The notes beneath the pieces were generated by a model. The model saw only the letters and a program-made list of their open reading frames with translations, did not search any database and had not been told where the DNA came from. From Mycobacterium phage prophiGD04-1, in the sequence record MW584209.1: a stretch of 60,432 nt of DNA. One strand, written 5' to 3'. Position 1 is the stretch's first letter, and each line of letters starts with the position of its first letter. Of the stretch, positions 46,594 through 56,916 are shown piece by piece. The translations under genes were made by a program, and so were the position numbers.

Positions 46594-47540
46594 GGCGCCA
46601 AACCGACATCATCGATGTCATCGGGGTCAACGGCGACTTCTGCCGTATCTCCCCGCCGGGGTTCTCCTGGGGCCCCGAGCTCGCGCCCGGCTCGACCGGC
46701 CTGTACGACATGCCGATCCAAACCAACTGGGGTAGTTACGGATTCGGACAGTTCTTCCAGTCCTGGAAGCCCAAGCGTCGTGACGTGGTGTGGACGGTGC
46801 ACATCATGAACCCCGAAACCGGGACGATGGTGGACCAGAGCGATGACCTGTGGCACCTGATCTATGCGCGGTGGAAGGCGATGTTCTCCCCAGCCCTGGA
46901 AGCGTCCATCGTCTACACCTCGTTCGACGGCGAGCGTCGCCTGGGCATCCGCAATCTTGACACTCCAAAGCCGTTCACCGCGCAGAGCTTTGAGGGTAAG
47001 GACCCCAAGCTGTTCACCTACGGCTCAGTCGTCATGACTACGGCCTGTGAGCTGCCGTTCTACGTCGGTGCCTCCGAACGGTTCGCGTGGGAGACCGACA
47101 CCCCGGGTAACTACTGGTTCAAGCTGCCCTTCTACAACCCGTGCCCGGTGGACATCTGGCCAGAATGGGATCTGACCGGCGGGGCCAAGTACCAGCTCCC
47201 GGACTACTCGTTCGGCAGCCAGGCCTACGGACGCGGTATCGCCGACCTGGGCAAGACCATGCCGTTGGCGCAGCTGATGGACCTCGAGGACCTGCAGGTC
47301 TACACCCGCCCCGACCTGGAGACCTTCGTCACCAGCCTTGAGACCCAATTCGCAGGCCGCAACGCGGGCAAGGACTTCGAGTATCCGATCGCACCGGGCG
47401 CCGGGTCCTCCGAAGGAGAAGGCAGCGACAACCCCGGATGCATCGTGCGCGCGAACGTCACCAACCCCGCGGGTGCACGCGTGGAGCTGACCTTGCCGCG
47501 CTGGTATGACGAACCGTTCAGCACGCCGAGGGTTGTGTGA
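46590..47540 (+). CDS. Minor tail protein (distal tail candidate)
   Basis: 316 aa after the tape measure gene. Confidence 0.7.
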   Translation: MRRQTDIIDVIGVNGDFCRISPPGFSWGPELAPGSTGLYDMPIQTNWGSYGFGQFFQSWKPKRRDVVWTVHIMNPETGTMVDQSDDLWHLIYARWKAMFSPALEASIVYTSFDGERRLGIRNLDTPKPFTAQSFEGKDPKLFTYGSVVMTTACELPFYVGASERFAWETDTPGNYWFKLPFYNPCPVDIWPEWDLTGGAKYQLPDYSFGSQAYGRGIADLGKTMPLAQLMDLEDLQVYTRPDLETFVTSLETQFAGRNAGKDFEYPIAPGAGSSEGEGSDNPGCIVRANVTNPAGARVELTLPRWYDEPFSTPRVV

Positions 47541-49252
47541 GCACAGCTCTTGGGGCGCGGCTAGCGCAGTCGCGCGCTACGTGTGCACAGATCCGCTCGG
47601 ACCGCAAGGCGCTGCAGCGCGCCCAGACCGAGGTCTCGATCTACAAGAACGACCCCACCGGCAAGCCCGGACTGATCTTCGTTGGCCGCATCCACATCAT
47701 GGAGCCCACCAAGTATCAGTTCCCCAAGAAAGGCAACGTCTCAGCCTCGGGGTACTTCGAGCTGCGCGCTACCCACTACATCGCGAAATTCATTGCCTCG
47801 GTGCCCAATAACCCGAACGAGTGCAAGAACATCATCATCCGCGTCGACAAATTCGGCGGCAAGTGGCGCTGGACCGGCTTCATGCACCACTGGAAAGTCG
47901 AGACCCGGGGCGGTGTGGACTACCTGTCGGCATTCTTCAACGACGACATGCAGTACCCGCAGTTCATTCTCGCACCCCCGAACCCAGCCCTACCGATCCC
48001 GGTCTTCCAATTCCCCAGAGACGGCTTCATTTTCGCGCCCGGAATCTGGTCGATATCCACAGTCTTCCTGCTGAACCTGATCCGCAACCAGGCGCCGATC
48101 TACCATCTGCCCGACGACCCGTGGCATATCGAAGGCTGGACACAACCGCTGGACTGCCGCAACTGGCAGGTACACATCAAATGCAAGCCGTTCATCACCG
48201 ACTCCTCGCTGTGGAGTGTCATCGCCTACAGGATGAACACCCTTGATTCGGTGATCGCCGCGGCCCTCGACGACGGGCAGCTGTGCCTGGACTACCGCCG
48301 CTACTTCACCGCAGAAGGCGAAATGGGCACCGACATGTTCGGTCAGCCGGTGGCCAACGGCGCCCTGGTCTTCGAGGTCTTCGACCGCTCCGGGTTCGCC
48401 CTTCCTGGCGGCACATTCATCAACGGCAACGCCGCCGGAGGCCTGGCGCGATCGGTGATCCAGTGGGGCGCCGGGTTCATCGAGGACAGCTTCGAGCAGG
48501 TCAGCGACGACGAAACGCTCTACCCCGACGAGTACTGGCAATCAGGATTTCTGGGGAACTTCGCCACCGCCCCGGCCTTGGCGATCCGCGACTCCTGGTG
48601 GAACGACCTGCAATCGGTCGTCAACCACTCACCAGCCACCGCGGTCAGCGGCGTGGTCGGCGGCGACAACCCCACAGCCGACGCCATCGTGAAACTGCTG
48701 ATCGAGGCCACGGGCAACCTGATTGGTTTCTTCTTTCTGGGTGGCTTTGACTCCCTGGGTGATATTGCCAGCGATGTCATCATGCCGTTCCTGGTGGGCA
48801 CCATCTTGGCCTGGGACGAGTGGAAGAACACCAGCCGTGCAACCAATCTGGGCTGGGCCCACCTGTTCGAGGTCTACAACTCCGGAGCCGAGCAGAACGC
48901 ATGGAGCCTGGCCGCCGTGGCGGCGATGCGTGGCCTGTTCAAGGCCACCGACGCCGAGACCAGCCACACCATGGTCATCGACGAGTCCACCTGGGTCCTG
49001 CCTGGCGTGCATTGCCAGATGAAGGACCGGGTGGCCTCCAGCGCCGGCGCACTGCAACGCCTGGGCATCGACATGATGTTCGTCAACCAGATTGAGGAGC
49101 AGATCCTCTCCGGCGATGACAGCGGCAAGAGCGAGTTCCTGATGAAGTGCGGCCAGAACAAGGCCTCGCTGAGCACGGGGGAGCGGTTCTCGCAAATGCT
49201 CAAGAACGCACTCGACCGCATCGCCGACATCGGCTTTCATTTGGTGTCCTGA
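47537..49252 (+). CDS. Minor tail protein (tail-associated large protein)
   Basis: 571 aa. Confidence 0.7.
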   Translation: MSTALGARLAQSRATCAQIRSDRKALQRAQTEVSIYKNDPTGKPGLIFVGRIHIMEPTKYQFPKKGNVSASGYFELRATHYIAKFIASVPNNPNECKNIIIRVDKFGGKWRWTGFMHHWKVETRGGVDYLSAFFNDDMQYPQFILAPPNPALPIPVFQFPRDGFIFAPGIWSISTVFLLNLIRNQAPIYHLPDDPWHIEGWTQPLDCRNWQVHIKCKPFITDSSLWSVIAYRMNTLDSVIAAALDDGQLCLDYRRYFTAEGEMGTDMFGQPVANGALVFEVFDRSGFALPGGTFINGNAAGGLARSVIQWGAGFIEDSFEQVSDDETLYPDEYWQSGFLGNFATAPALAIRDSWWNDLQSVVNHSPATAVSGVVGGDNPTADAIVKLLIEATGNLIGFFFLGGFDSLGDIASDVIMPFLVGTILAWDEWKNTSRATNLGWAHLFEVYNSGAEQNAWSLAAVAAMRGLFKATDAETSHTMVIDESTWVLPGVHCQMKDRVASSAGALQRLGIDMMFVNQIEEQILSGDDSGKSEFLMKCGQNKASLSTGERFSQMLKNALDRIADIGFHLVS

Positions 49253-49278
49253 AAATGGCAGTAGGACAAGGGGATTAA

Positions 49279-50253
49279 ATGCAGAACCTCGCAACCGCGC
49301 TCGTGCTCTCGCGCGGAAGTATCTGGAAACCCCAACCCTGGGACTGGTCACCACCCTTGGTGGCCGAATGGAACATGCCCTGGCCCGACGGCGCGACGGC
49401 TCGTGCGGTCTTCTACGACACCGCCGGCGGAGCGCTCCTGACGGTCGACGGCACCGTCAGCGCCGAGATGATCAACTTCATGGCCGCCCCGGCAGCCATG
49501 GACCCGATCCCCGCGGGCGCCAACTTCGAGATCTTCCTCGACACCACCGAGGGCCCGGTGATGATCCGGCACGGCAAGGTGATCCGCAAAGAAGCCCAGT
49601 TCTTCGACGCGCCCGCGAGCACCATCTCGTCGACACCGCGCAAGTTCCAGGACTACTTCCCGACACTCGGGTTGCGCTCGGTATGGGAGCCCATCTACGG
49701 CCGAGTCAAGGTGTGGGATAACTCCGCGCAGTCCTTGCCCAACGGCGTCGGCCCGGATGTCGCGTTCTTCTCCCAGGGCAAGGCCGCGATGCGGTACTAC
49801 GAGCCGTTCGGCTCAGACTCGGTCAAAATCCATGTCCGACTGCTGAACCCCAATGCCGGCAAGACCAGCGTGGTGGTGTGCGCCGACAAATGGTTCACCA
49901 GCTACCTGGCGGTTCAGTTCGAGTCCGACCCGATCATCACGAGCAACAACAAGATTCACATTGCGGTCGGATCCTCACCCACTCAGATGACCTATCAGGG
50001 CGTCGCGGTGAGCCACACCGTGGTCAACGGCAGCGACTACTGGATCGAGTACTCCAACCTCACTAAGACGCTCTTGGTGCGCAAGGGCACTGACACCACA
50101 CCGCTGGGTGAACCTTGGGTGGATACCAACGATCTCGTGCCGCATGGTCCGGGCTATCGCTATGCCGGGTTCGTCTGGGACGGCGGGGATCTGGTCATCG
50201 TCAATGTCACCGGACCCCAGGTGACCGGATGGGAGGCGCTGGACAATGCCTGA
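49279..50253 (+). CDS. Minor tail protein
   Basis: 324 aa. Confidence 0.65.
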   Translation: MQNLATALVLSRGSIWKPQPWDWSPPLVAEWNMPWPDGATARAVFYDTAGGALLTVDGTVSAEMINFMAAPAAMDPIPAGANFEIFLDTTEGPVMIRHGKVIRKEAQFFDAPASTISSTPRKFQDYFPTLGLRSVWEPIYGRVKVWDNSAQSLPNGVGPDVAFFSQGKAAMRYYEPFGSDSVKIHVRLLNPNAGKTSVVVCADKWFTSYLAVQFESDPIITSNNKIHIAVGSSPTQMTYQGVAVSHTVVNGSDYWIEYSNLTKTLLVRKGTDTTPLGEPWVDTNDLVPHGPGYRYAGFVWDGGDLVIVNVTGPQVTGWEALDNA

Positions 50254-50653
50254 TCTCGAGCAGGTCCGCCAATGCGAGCAGCTGGCCAAGGCGCTGTGGT
50301 TCCTGGCCGCGCCGGCACGCGGACCGGTGGCCAATGGCCTGTACAGCCTGGGAGTGCGCATTCACCCCGAGCTGGCCACCAAAACCCTGGAGACCGAAGG
50401 ACCGGCGAACTGGGGCAACCATGCACCCCAGCGGCTGGTGAGCAAGGCGGCCACGACCGCCGACCCCATCGCGCTGCTGCGCAGCATGGGGCAGGTCCAA
50501 CCCAGCCTGGCCGAGCTCGCCGACAAGATGGAAGCCGCCCAGACCGAGAAGGACAAGCAGCTCCTGATCGCCGAAATCCGCGCGCAGTTCCCCGACATGA
50601 TCAAGCGCACCGAAGAGCAGATCGCCGCGTCGCGCCCGCAGGACTTTGAGTGA
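50246..50653 (+). CDS. Hypothetical tail-module protein
   Basis: 135 aa, overlaps neighbours. Confidence 0.5.
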   Translation: MPDLEQVRQCEQLAKALWFLAAPARGPVANGLYSLGVRIHPELATKTLETEGPANWGNHAPQRLVSKAATTADPIALLRSMGQVQPSLAELADKMEAAQTEKDKQLLIAEIRAQFPDMIKRTEEQIAASRPQDFE

Positions 50654-52836
50654 CAACCCCTGGCGGACCCGGATCGATCAACCCAAACGCGCGCTTCGGC
50701 GTCACCGGCGATAGCTCGCACGGCGACACCGTCGCAGACCTGCAACACCGTCTACAGGCCGCGATCGAGGGTCGCCTCAAAGCAGACATCAAGGGCTCTC
50801 AAGGATGGAAGGGCGCCTCCGACGCGGCATTCGGCGGACTCATGCTGCGGGGCACCCCCGGACAACCCGTGTCCATCAGCCTGGCCATCATCGCGTCCCT
50901 GGCCGCCCGACTGCTTGGCATTAATCCACAAACCTGGCTGGTCAGCACCGACCCACACGAGAACATCGAACGCATCCTCGCCGAGCTCAAAAAGGTCCCG
51001 ATCCTCGATGACCTGATCGAACTCATCACCGGCGTCGAGGACGGCGACGAATCCGACCTCGGCACATGGGCCCTCGGCATCCGCAATGCCCTACAGGGCA
51101 TCGACCTGTCGAACCCCGGATCCATTCTCACCGCAATCGGCAAGGCCGCCGGACAGATCTTCAAGGGCGTCATCCCCATCTCATGGATAGCCAACGTCGT
51201 CCACGACCTCATCGGCGGCTCTGGGGGGTTCTTGAACGCCGACAGCGTGAAGACCAACCCGTTCTGGTCCTGGGATTCGGTCATGCCCGGGTTCATCTCG
51301 GGTGGCTCAATCCGCGCGAGCGCCAACGGCACACAGCAGGTTATGCGCTCGGAACCCTTCCCAGTCTTCCCCGGTCAAACGCTGGAACTACGCGCAGCCT
51401 CGCAGTGGACTGGTGCTGTCGCCACTGCCGGATCCAACCCGGTCAAGGTCGGATTCACCCCGTTTGATGCAGAGGGCAATCCGCTTGCCGATGTCATTCG
51501 CGGATCCCTGCAGCCCTCGGGCGACCATAGCTGGCAATGGGTCCCGGTCCAAGATAAATGGCCCGTACCCCCTGGTGTGGCGCACGTGTCCGAGCTGTTG
51601 ATCCTGGATAGTGGGGCGACCGCTGGAACCTTCCGATTTTCCAACGCTTCGGCATGGGCGTCGAACCTGCTCGACCTCGGACTGGTCAAAGACCTGCGCG
51701 AAATGGTCGACGCCATCGGCGGGACGGTGAACTCCGAGGTCGCCGATATCACCGCCCGCCTGCAGGCCATCACCGCTGACGGCAAGATCACTGTCACCGA
51801 ATTCGAGGGCTTGATCCAACAGGCGCAAGTCGCGGGACTGGTGATCATCCAAACGGTTCTGAATCAGATCAGAGACGTCATCAACGGGCTCGTTGTCACG
51901 CCGGTCAACAGCATCGTGCAGGACTTCAAGAACTGGTTCGGTCTCAACCAGAACAAGACTCAGTCCCTCAATGATTCGGGGCAAATCGCCAAGGATGCCG
52001 TGGACGGCTTGGCCGGCATCGAGTCCAATCTCATTGATGGCTTCAAAGGCATCTACAACGCATGGTTCGGCGGTACGTCCGGCGCGGGCACACCCGCAGA
52101 GGTCGAGGAGACCGTCGCGGCAATCAGGACCGCTGTGCAGAATGGCTACACGGTAGACACCATCACCTCATCCACGACCTGGATCAAGCCGGCCAATATC
52201 ACTGAGCTGATTGTGATTTGCATTCCCGCGGGTCTCAACGGTAGTGACGGCACGCAGGGCAACAGCGGATCTGAGCAGACCGGTGGCCTCGGTGGACTTG
52301 GAGGCGGATACCTCGCCCAAGTACTCGACCCGAGCGCAGTCGCATCAACGGTCCCAGTAACAATCGGCACACCTACCTCGCCGACCACCTCATTCGGCGC
52401 CCACGTCTCGGCCACCGCGGGCACGGCCGGTGGTATCGCCTCCCAGTTCGGCTACACCGCGACCTCGTCAACCCCCGGCAGCGGCGGCAAGGGCGGGGCC
52501 GCGAACAACCAGAACGCCAGCAAGCACCAAGACCCCGGCACCGCCGGGACGGGCTCTGCCGTGGCCACCGGTGGTGCCGGCGGCACCCCCGGCAATCCAG
52601 GATCCCCCGGCGGCAGCGTCTCGACGGGCGCACTCACCAAATGCGGCGGCGGTGGCGGGGGCGGCGGTGGCGGCAAGTACGGCGACATCGGGGCGTCGGC
52701 CGGAAACGGCGGCGCGGGCGGATTTCCCGGCGGCGGTGGCGGCGGCGGGGGAGGCGCGTCGGCCGGCATCAGCGGGGCCAGCAAGGGCACTGGCGGTCCA
52801 GGCGGGGCTGCCGTTGTGTTCATCTACTACCGATAG
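50650..52836 (+). CDS. Minor tail protein with C-terminal poly-Gly/collagen-like region
   Basis: 728 aa; GGGGGGGGKYGDIGASAGNGGAGGFPGGGGGGGGG. Confidence 0.7.
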   Translation: MTTPGGPGSINPNARFGVTGDSSHGDTVADLQHRLQAAIEGRLKADIKGSQGWKGASDAAFGGLMLRGTPGQPVSISLAIIASLAARLLGINPQTWLVSTDPHENIERILAELKKVPILDDLIELITGVEDGDESDLGTWALGIRNALQGIDLSNPGSILTAIGKAAGQIFKGVIPISWIANVVHDLIGGSGGFLNADSVKTNPFWSWDSVMPGFISGGSIRASANGTQQVMRSEPFPVFPGQTLELRAASQWTGAVATAGSNPVKVGFTPFDAEGNPLADVIRGSLQPSGDHSWQWVPVQDKWPVPPGVAHVSELLILDSGATAGTFRFSNASAWASNLLDLGLVKDLREMVDAIGGTVNSEVADITARLQAITADGKITVTEFEGLIQQAQVAGLVIIQTVLNQIRDVINGLVVTPVNSIVQDFKNWFGLNQNKTQSLNDSGQIAKDAVDGLAGIESNLIDGFKGIYNAWFGGTSGAGTPAEVEETVAAIRTAVQNGYTVDTITSSTTWIKPANITELIVICIPAGLNGSDGTQGNSGSEQTGGLGGLGGGYLAQVLDPSAVASTVPVTIGTPTSPTTSFGAHVSATAGTAGGIASQFGYTATSSTPGSGGKGGAANNQNASKHQDPGTAGTGSAVATGGAGGTPGNPGSPGGSVSTGALTKCGGGGGGGGGGKYGDIGASAGNGGAGGFPGGGGGGGGGASAGISGASKGTGGPGGAAVVFIYYR

Positions 52837-52845
52837 GGGTACCAA

Positions 52846-53181
52846 ATGGCGATCACCGCAACGCTTGTCGGCGAGAACCTACGGCAGTTCTGTCCGTCCA
52901 CCAACCACTACCGGTGCACCGACGGCGAGCAGATCTGGCATCTGCTCATCACCGTCCCTTCACTGGACAGCGTCGGCACGATCAACGAGATCCTGGGCAC
53001 CGCACTACCGGCGACCCAATCGCAGTTGATGCAACACGCTGAGGTGTTTCTAGCCGACGAAAACGCTGTCGTCATCGACGCGGACGGAGATCCGGCCAAT
53101 GGCATGACCGCACTAGCCAAAATTCCCGACTGCACATCGCACACCCAGGCGCTCTCCCAGCTCGGGTATGAGTTGGGCTAG
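52846..53181 (+). CDS. Hypothetical tail-module protein
   Basis: 111 aa. Confidence 0.5.
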   Translation: MAITATLVGENLRQFCPSTNHYRCTDGEQIWHLLITVPSLDSVGTINEILGTALPATQSQLMQHAEVFLADENAVVIDADGDPANGMTALAKIPDCTSHTQALSQLGYELG

Positions 53182-54231
53182 ATGCCCTGGTCACCCAACC
53201 CGACCGTCCCGCCACGACGATCGGGCGGTCAGTGGTCTCCAAATCCGCTGATGCCACCAAGAAACACGACAGGGGCATGGCACTGGGTACCGCGTGCGTT
53301 CGCGACTGACGCGGGCATCGGCGAGGATTCGGCGACTCTACTAGCCCATCTGCTGGCCACCGAGTCGGGAGTGGGCTACGACAGTGCGGCGCTTCTGGCT
53401 CATTTGGCCGGCCGCGAGGATGGGCTCGGGTTCGATTCGGCAGCGATGCTCGCTCACTTGACCGGCATGGACACAGGTATCGGCGGGGACTCGGCCACGG
53501 CCATGCTCAAGTATTTCCTGACCGGCACTGACGACGGAATCGGTTACGACAGTGCGGCATTGCTCGCACACCTGACAGGCAGCGAGTTCGGCCAGGGCTA
53601 CGACACGGCGACCCCGGTGGCCCACCTGACGGGGCTCGACACCGGCGGCGGATATGACAGCGCCACCGCGGTGTTCAGCCCGCACGCGCCCGATACCCAA
53701 TCGTGGTCCGCTCCGGGCACGATCACCTACAACATCCTGTCATGGTGCCGGTACATCGACATCATCCTTGTTGGCGGTGGTAACGGCGGTGGCGGTGGGT
53801 TCGCCGGGTTCGTGACCGGTGGCGGTGGAAACGCTGGTACCTGGACACACATCACCATCGAACGCGGCGTCGATATTCCCTGGGCCACAGCAACGCTCAC
53901 GATCGTCATTCCGGCCGCCACGGCGGGCGGTACGTCGGGAAACAAGGGCGCCGGCGGTGGAACTGTCACCGCGTCGGGCTCCGGCTGGGCAGCCGGGCTA
54001 TCCGCGACAGGCGGCACCGGAGACCAGTTCGGCAGCACCAGAAACGGCCAGTCGCCCGGCACTCACACCTACAACGGACAGTCCTACAACGGCGGGGCTG
54101 TGCAGTCGACCGCACAAGCGGCGGGCAATCCACCGGGCGGTGGAGGCAACGGCGGAACGGGAAATCCCTTCAACGGCAACCAGGGCGGTGCGGGGGCGCC
54201 GGGCGGTGCCTGGTGCCGCGCATATCAGTAA
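53182..54231 (+). CDS. Minor tail protein with six 19-aa tandem repeats and Gly-rich C-terminus
   Basis: (G)YDSAALLAHLTG-type repeats x6. Confidence 0.65.
   Translation: MPWSPNPTVPPRRSGGQWSPNPLMPPRNTTGAWHWVPRAFATDAGIGEDSATLLAHLLATESGVGYDSAALLAHLAGREDGLGFDSAAMLAHLTGMDTGIGGDSATAMLKYFLTGTDDGIGYDSAALLAHLTGSEFGQGYDTATPVAHLTGLDTGGGYDSATAVFSPHAPDTQSWSAPGTITYNILSWCRYIDIILVGGGNGGGGGFAGFVTGGGGNAGTWTHITIERGVDIPWATATLTIVIPAATAGGTSGNKGAGGGTVTASGSGWAAGLSATGGTGDQFGSTRNGQSPGTHTYNGQSYNGGAVQSTAQAAGNPPGGGGNGGTGNPFNGNQGGAGAPGGAWCRAYQ
53310..53680 (+). repeat. 57-bp tandem repeat array (about 6 units) inside the minor tail gene
   Basis: Repeated DSAxLLAHLxGxxxGxGY peptide units. Confidence 0.7.
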
Positions 54232-54249
54232 TCGGCAATAGGAGGACAC

Positions 54250-54621
54250 ATGGGAGCCACATCAGCTCATCAAATCGCTATCTGCAACGCAATCGCAGCG
54301 GCTGGCAACACCATCAAGCCCTGCAGCGGCGACCCCGGCACCGGGACCAACGCCGCCAACGTGATTGCCTCTACGCCAGCATCGTTCAACACCACATGGC
54401 CAACTGCGACCGATGGCAGCGGCGGAGACGCCGGCTACGCGGTATCCCAAGGATCGGCGGGCACCCTGCAAATCCCGGCCTCGGCAGTGGTCAGTCATTA
54501 CGCTATCTTCAACGGCTCGACCTATCTGCGCGGTCATGCCCTCGATACACCAATCACCGTGGGCGGCAGCCCCGTAAACATCGACATCACCCCCAAGACC
54601 CGATACAAGGGCGGGCAATGA
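54250..54621 (+). CDS. Small minor tail protein
   Basis: 123 aa. Confidence 0.5.
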   Translation: MGATSAHQIAICNAIAAAGNTIKPCSGDPGTGTNAANVIASTPASFNTTWPTATDGSGGDAGYAVSQGSAGTLQIPASAVVSHYAIFNGSTYLRGHALDTPITVGGSPVNIDITPKTRYKGGQ

Positions 54622-54767
54622 TGCACCGCCAGCTGCTCGCGGTGGTCGCCCTGTGCCTGACCACCGGCGCTGCGGCATTCCGTCTCGGCTGGTGGGCCTC
54701 CGACCAGCTCTCGTCCTACGCCCAGGAAATCGATCCCCGCATCGAACGGAAGTACACCAAAAAATGA
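54618..54767 (+). CDS. Small membrane protein (49 aa) between tail and lysis genes
   Basis: ATGA overlaps on both sides; one TM helix. Confidence 0.4.
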   Translation: MMHRQLLAVVALCLTTGAAAFRLGWWASDQLSSYAQEIDPRIERKYTKK

Positions 54768-56155
54768 CAGCTACACGCACCAACATCGAGTTCGCCAAGC
54801 GGATCTTCACAGACCGCGTTGGCAATGACTATGTGTACGGCGGGAACTGGAATCCCCTTGACCGCAGCGTTGGAACGGACTGCTCCGGCCTTGTCATCGA
54901 CGAGCTGGATGCGGCCACCAACGGCACCGCGATGGCCTGGTCTAGACATGGAATGTCCACCGAAAGCTGGCGGCCGATCGACGTCGGCGAAATGGGCACC
55001 ATCTTCAACACCATCTGCGTCGGCTCGCCCAACGACTTCCCCGCGGACGCCGCGGTGAAGATCGCCATTCACCACGGGCCTGGTGGGGGAGCCAACAGTC
55101 ACATGTGGTGCGAGGTCGACGGGATCCGCATGGAATCCAACGGCTCTGATGGCTGCGTGACCGGCAATAGAGCCCGATCGGTTTATGACACCACCTACGC
55201 CAACGACTGGCACTACCTGCCCGGCCCGATTGTGGACCAGGTAGCCGGGCCAGATAGACCGGCGCTTCTCGCGGCGGCAATGGCACCAACGGTCCTGGGG
55301 CACGATCAGATGGCCGCCTACCTTCCACACTTCGCCGAGGCGATGCGGGCCGGCGAGATCACCACGGTTCTGCGGGCGGCGGCATGGTGCAGCCAGGTCG
55401 GCCATGAGTCTTCTGGCCTGCGGTACATGGCCGAGATTCAGACCAGCGGCCCAGATTGGAGCTGGGATCGCACCCGATACCGCGGACGTGGGCCGATCCA
55501 ACTGACCTGGCAGAGCAACTACCGCAAGTTCGGGCAGTGGTGCAAGACAAGGGGATACGTCACTGACTCTGAACTGTTCGTCAACCAGCCCGAGCTGGTC
55601 GAGGAACCGAAGTGGGGATTCCTCGCTGCGTCTTGGTACTGGCTCTACGGCGGACCCCGGCCCGGTCAAATCAACGGATTCGCCGACGCCGGAGACATTC
55701 TCGGCGTCTCTCGTTGCGTCAATGGCTGGGTCGATACACCCAACGGCATGCCCGATCGCACTGCCCGTTACAACCGCTGCCTGTCGCTGGGCGACCAGCT
55801 GCTCTCACTGCTCAACCCATCCACCCCCATCGATCCCATCGAGGAGTTACTGATGTCCGGTCTCACCGTTCCTTCATTGTCGATCTATGCCAACCCGGGC
55901 GAGCCGGACGTGCCGATCGTCGACATGATTCGTGCTCTGGACGCCCATGGCCCGCACGAACCGTACGTCGAGAATCAGGCCCGTCTGGGTGAGCCCGACG
56001 CGATCCGGCGCGTAGCCCGCACCGCGGCCGGGCAAGGCAAATACGGCACAGCCGCCGGTCCGGTCAATCAGGCCAAATCGGTTCTCAACGAGATCAAACA
56101 ATCCAATCCTGCTGTCCTGCAGCAGTTCCTCGCACAGAACGGAGCACGCTCATGA
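54764..56155 (+). CDS. lysA: Endolysin LysA: N-terminal peptidase domain + glycoside hydrolase family 19 domain + C-terminal binding region
   Basis: DCSG peptidase Cys motif; AAWCSQVGHESSGLRY...GRGPIQLTWQSNY GH19-like. Confidence 0.8.
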   Translation: MTATRTNIEFAKRIFTDRVGNDYVYGGNWNPLDRSVGTDCSGLVIDELDAATNGTAMAWSRHGMSTESWRPIDVGEMGTIFNTICVGSPNDFPADAAVKIAIHHGPGGGANSHMWCEVDGIRMESNGSDGCVTGNRARSVYDTTYANDWHYLPGPIVDQVAGPDRPALLAAAMAPTVLGHDQMAAYLPHFAEAMRAGEITTVLRAAAWCSQVGHESSGLRYMAEIQTSGPDWSWDRTRYRGRGPIQLTWQSNYRKFGQWCKTRGYVTDSELFVNQPELVEEPKWGFLAASWYWLYGGPRPGQINGFADAGDILGVSRCVNGWVDTPNGMPDRTARYNRCLSLGDQLLSLLNPSTPIDPIEELLMSGLTVPSLSIYANPGEPDVPIVDMIRALDAHGPHEPYVENQARLGEPDAIRRVARTAAGQGKYGTAAGPVNQAKSVLNEIKQSNPAVLQQFLAQNGARS

Positions 56156-56607
56156 AGTACACCGCGAACACGATCCTCAAGGCTGTCGGTGCATTCGGCA
56201 TAGCCTTCGCCGGCGCAGTGGCTACCGTCGCCCAGGGCGGTGACCTATCCACACTCGACCTCGGCGGCTGGATGACCGCGATCGGCTCGGGCGTCGTGGC
56301 GGCCGGGGCGCTGTTCAGCCACCCCGTCAAGGCCGACGCCACCCCCGCAGTCGCAGATGTGACCACCACCCTCACCGACGCAATCGCCCAAGCCGATGCC
56401 GTGGGCAATCACCTGAACTCGATGTACAACGATGCCCTGGGCAAGCTCGGAGATATCGGCAGCGCGGCCGCTGCGGCAGCCGATGAAGTGCGCAAGACAA
56501 TCGGGGTCAACCTCCCCAAGCCGCCCCCGGCCACCCTCGATGTTCCGGGCATCCCGGCGCAAGGCGGCTCATTGATCGATGAAGTGATCCGGGCGGCGAC
56601 CCGGTGA
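56152..56607 (+). CDS. Holin-like membrane protein
   Basis: 151 aa, two predicted TM helices, overlaps lysA stop. Confidence 0.6.
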   Translation: MKYTANTILKAVGAFGIAFAGAVATVAQGGDLSTLDLGGWMTAIGSGVVAAGALFSHPVKADATPAVADVTTTLTDAIAQADAVGNHLNSMYNDALGKLGDIGSAAAAAADEVRKTIGVNLPKPPPATLDVPGIPAQGGSLIDEVIRAATR

Positions 56608-56641
56608 GCCTCATCGTCGGCGCCAGCGGCGGGTCAGTCGA

Positions 56642-56893
56642 GTGACCCCGGAGCTGATCCAAGCCATCGGAGGCGCATTCGGTGTCGGCCTGGCTGGATG
56701 GCAGGCACTCACGTCACGAAAGGTACGCGACCTGGAGACTCGGCTGCAGGCAGTCGAAAAGGAGCGCAACGAATTCCGCACCAAGCTGCGAGCGGCTGTC
56801 CGGCACATCCGCGAATGGATGGGCTGGGCGACACATCATGTGCCCGGGACCCCGGCGCCAGCGCTCCCAGACGAACTGCTGGACGAGGTTTGA
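56642..56893 (+). CDS. Small membrane protein (lysis-associated)
   Basis: 83 aa, N-terminal TM. Confidence 0.45.
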   Translation: MTPELIQAIGGAFGVGLAGWQALTSRKVRDLETRLQAVEKERNEFRTKLRAAVRHIREWMGWATHHVPGTPAPALPDELLDEV

Positions 56894-56916
56894 TTGCTGC
56901 GCCAATTGGTCGCTGA

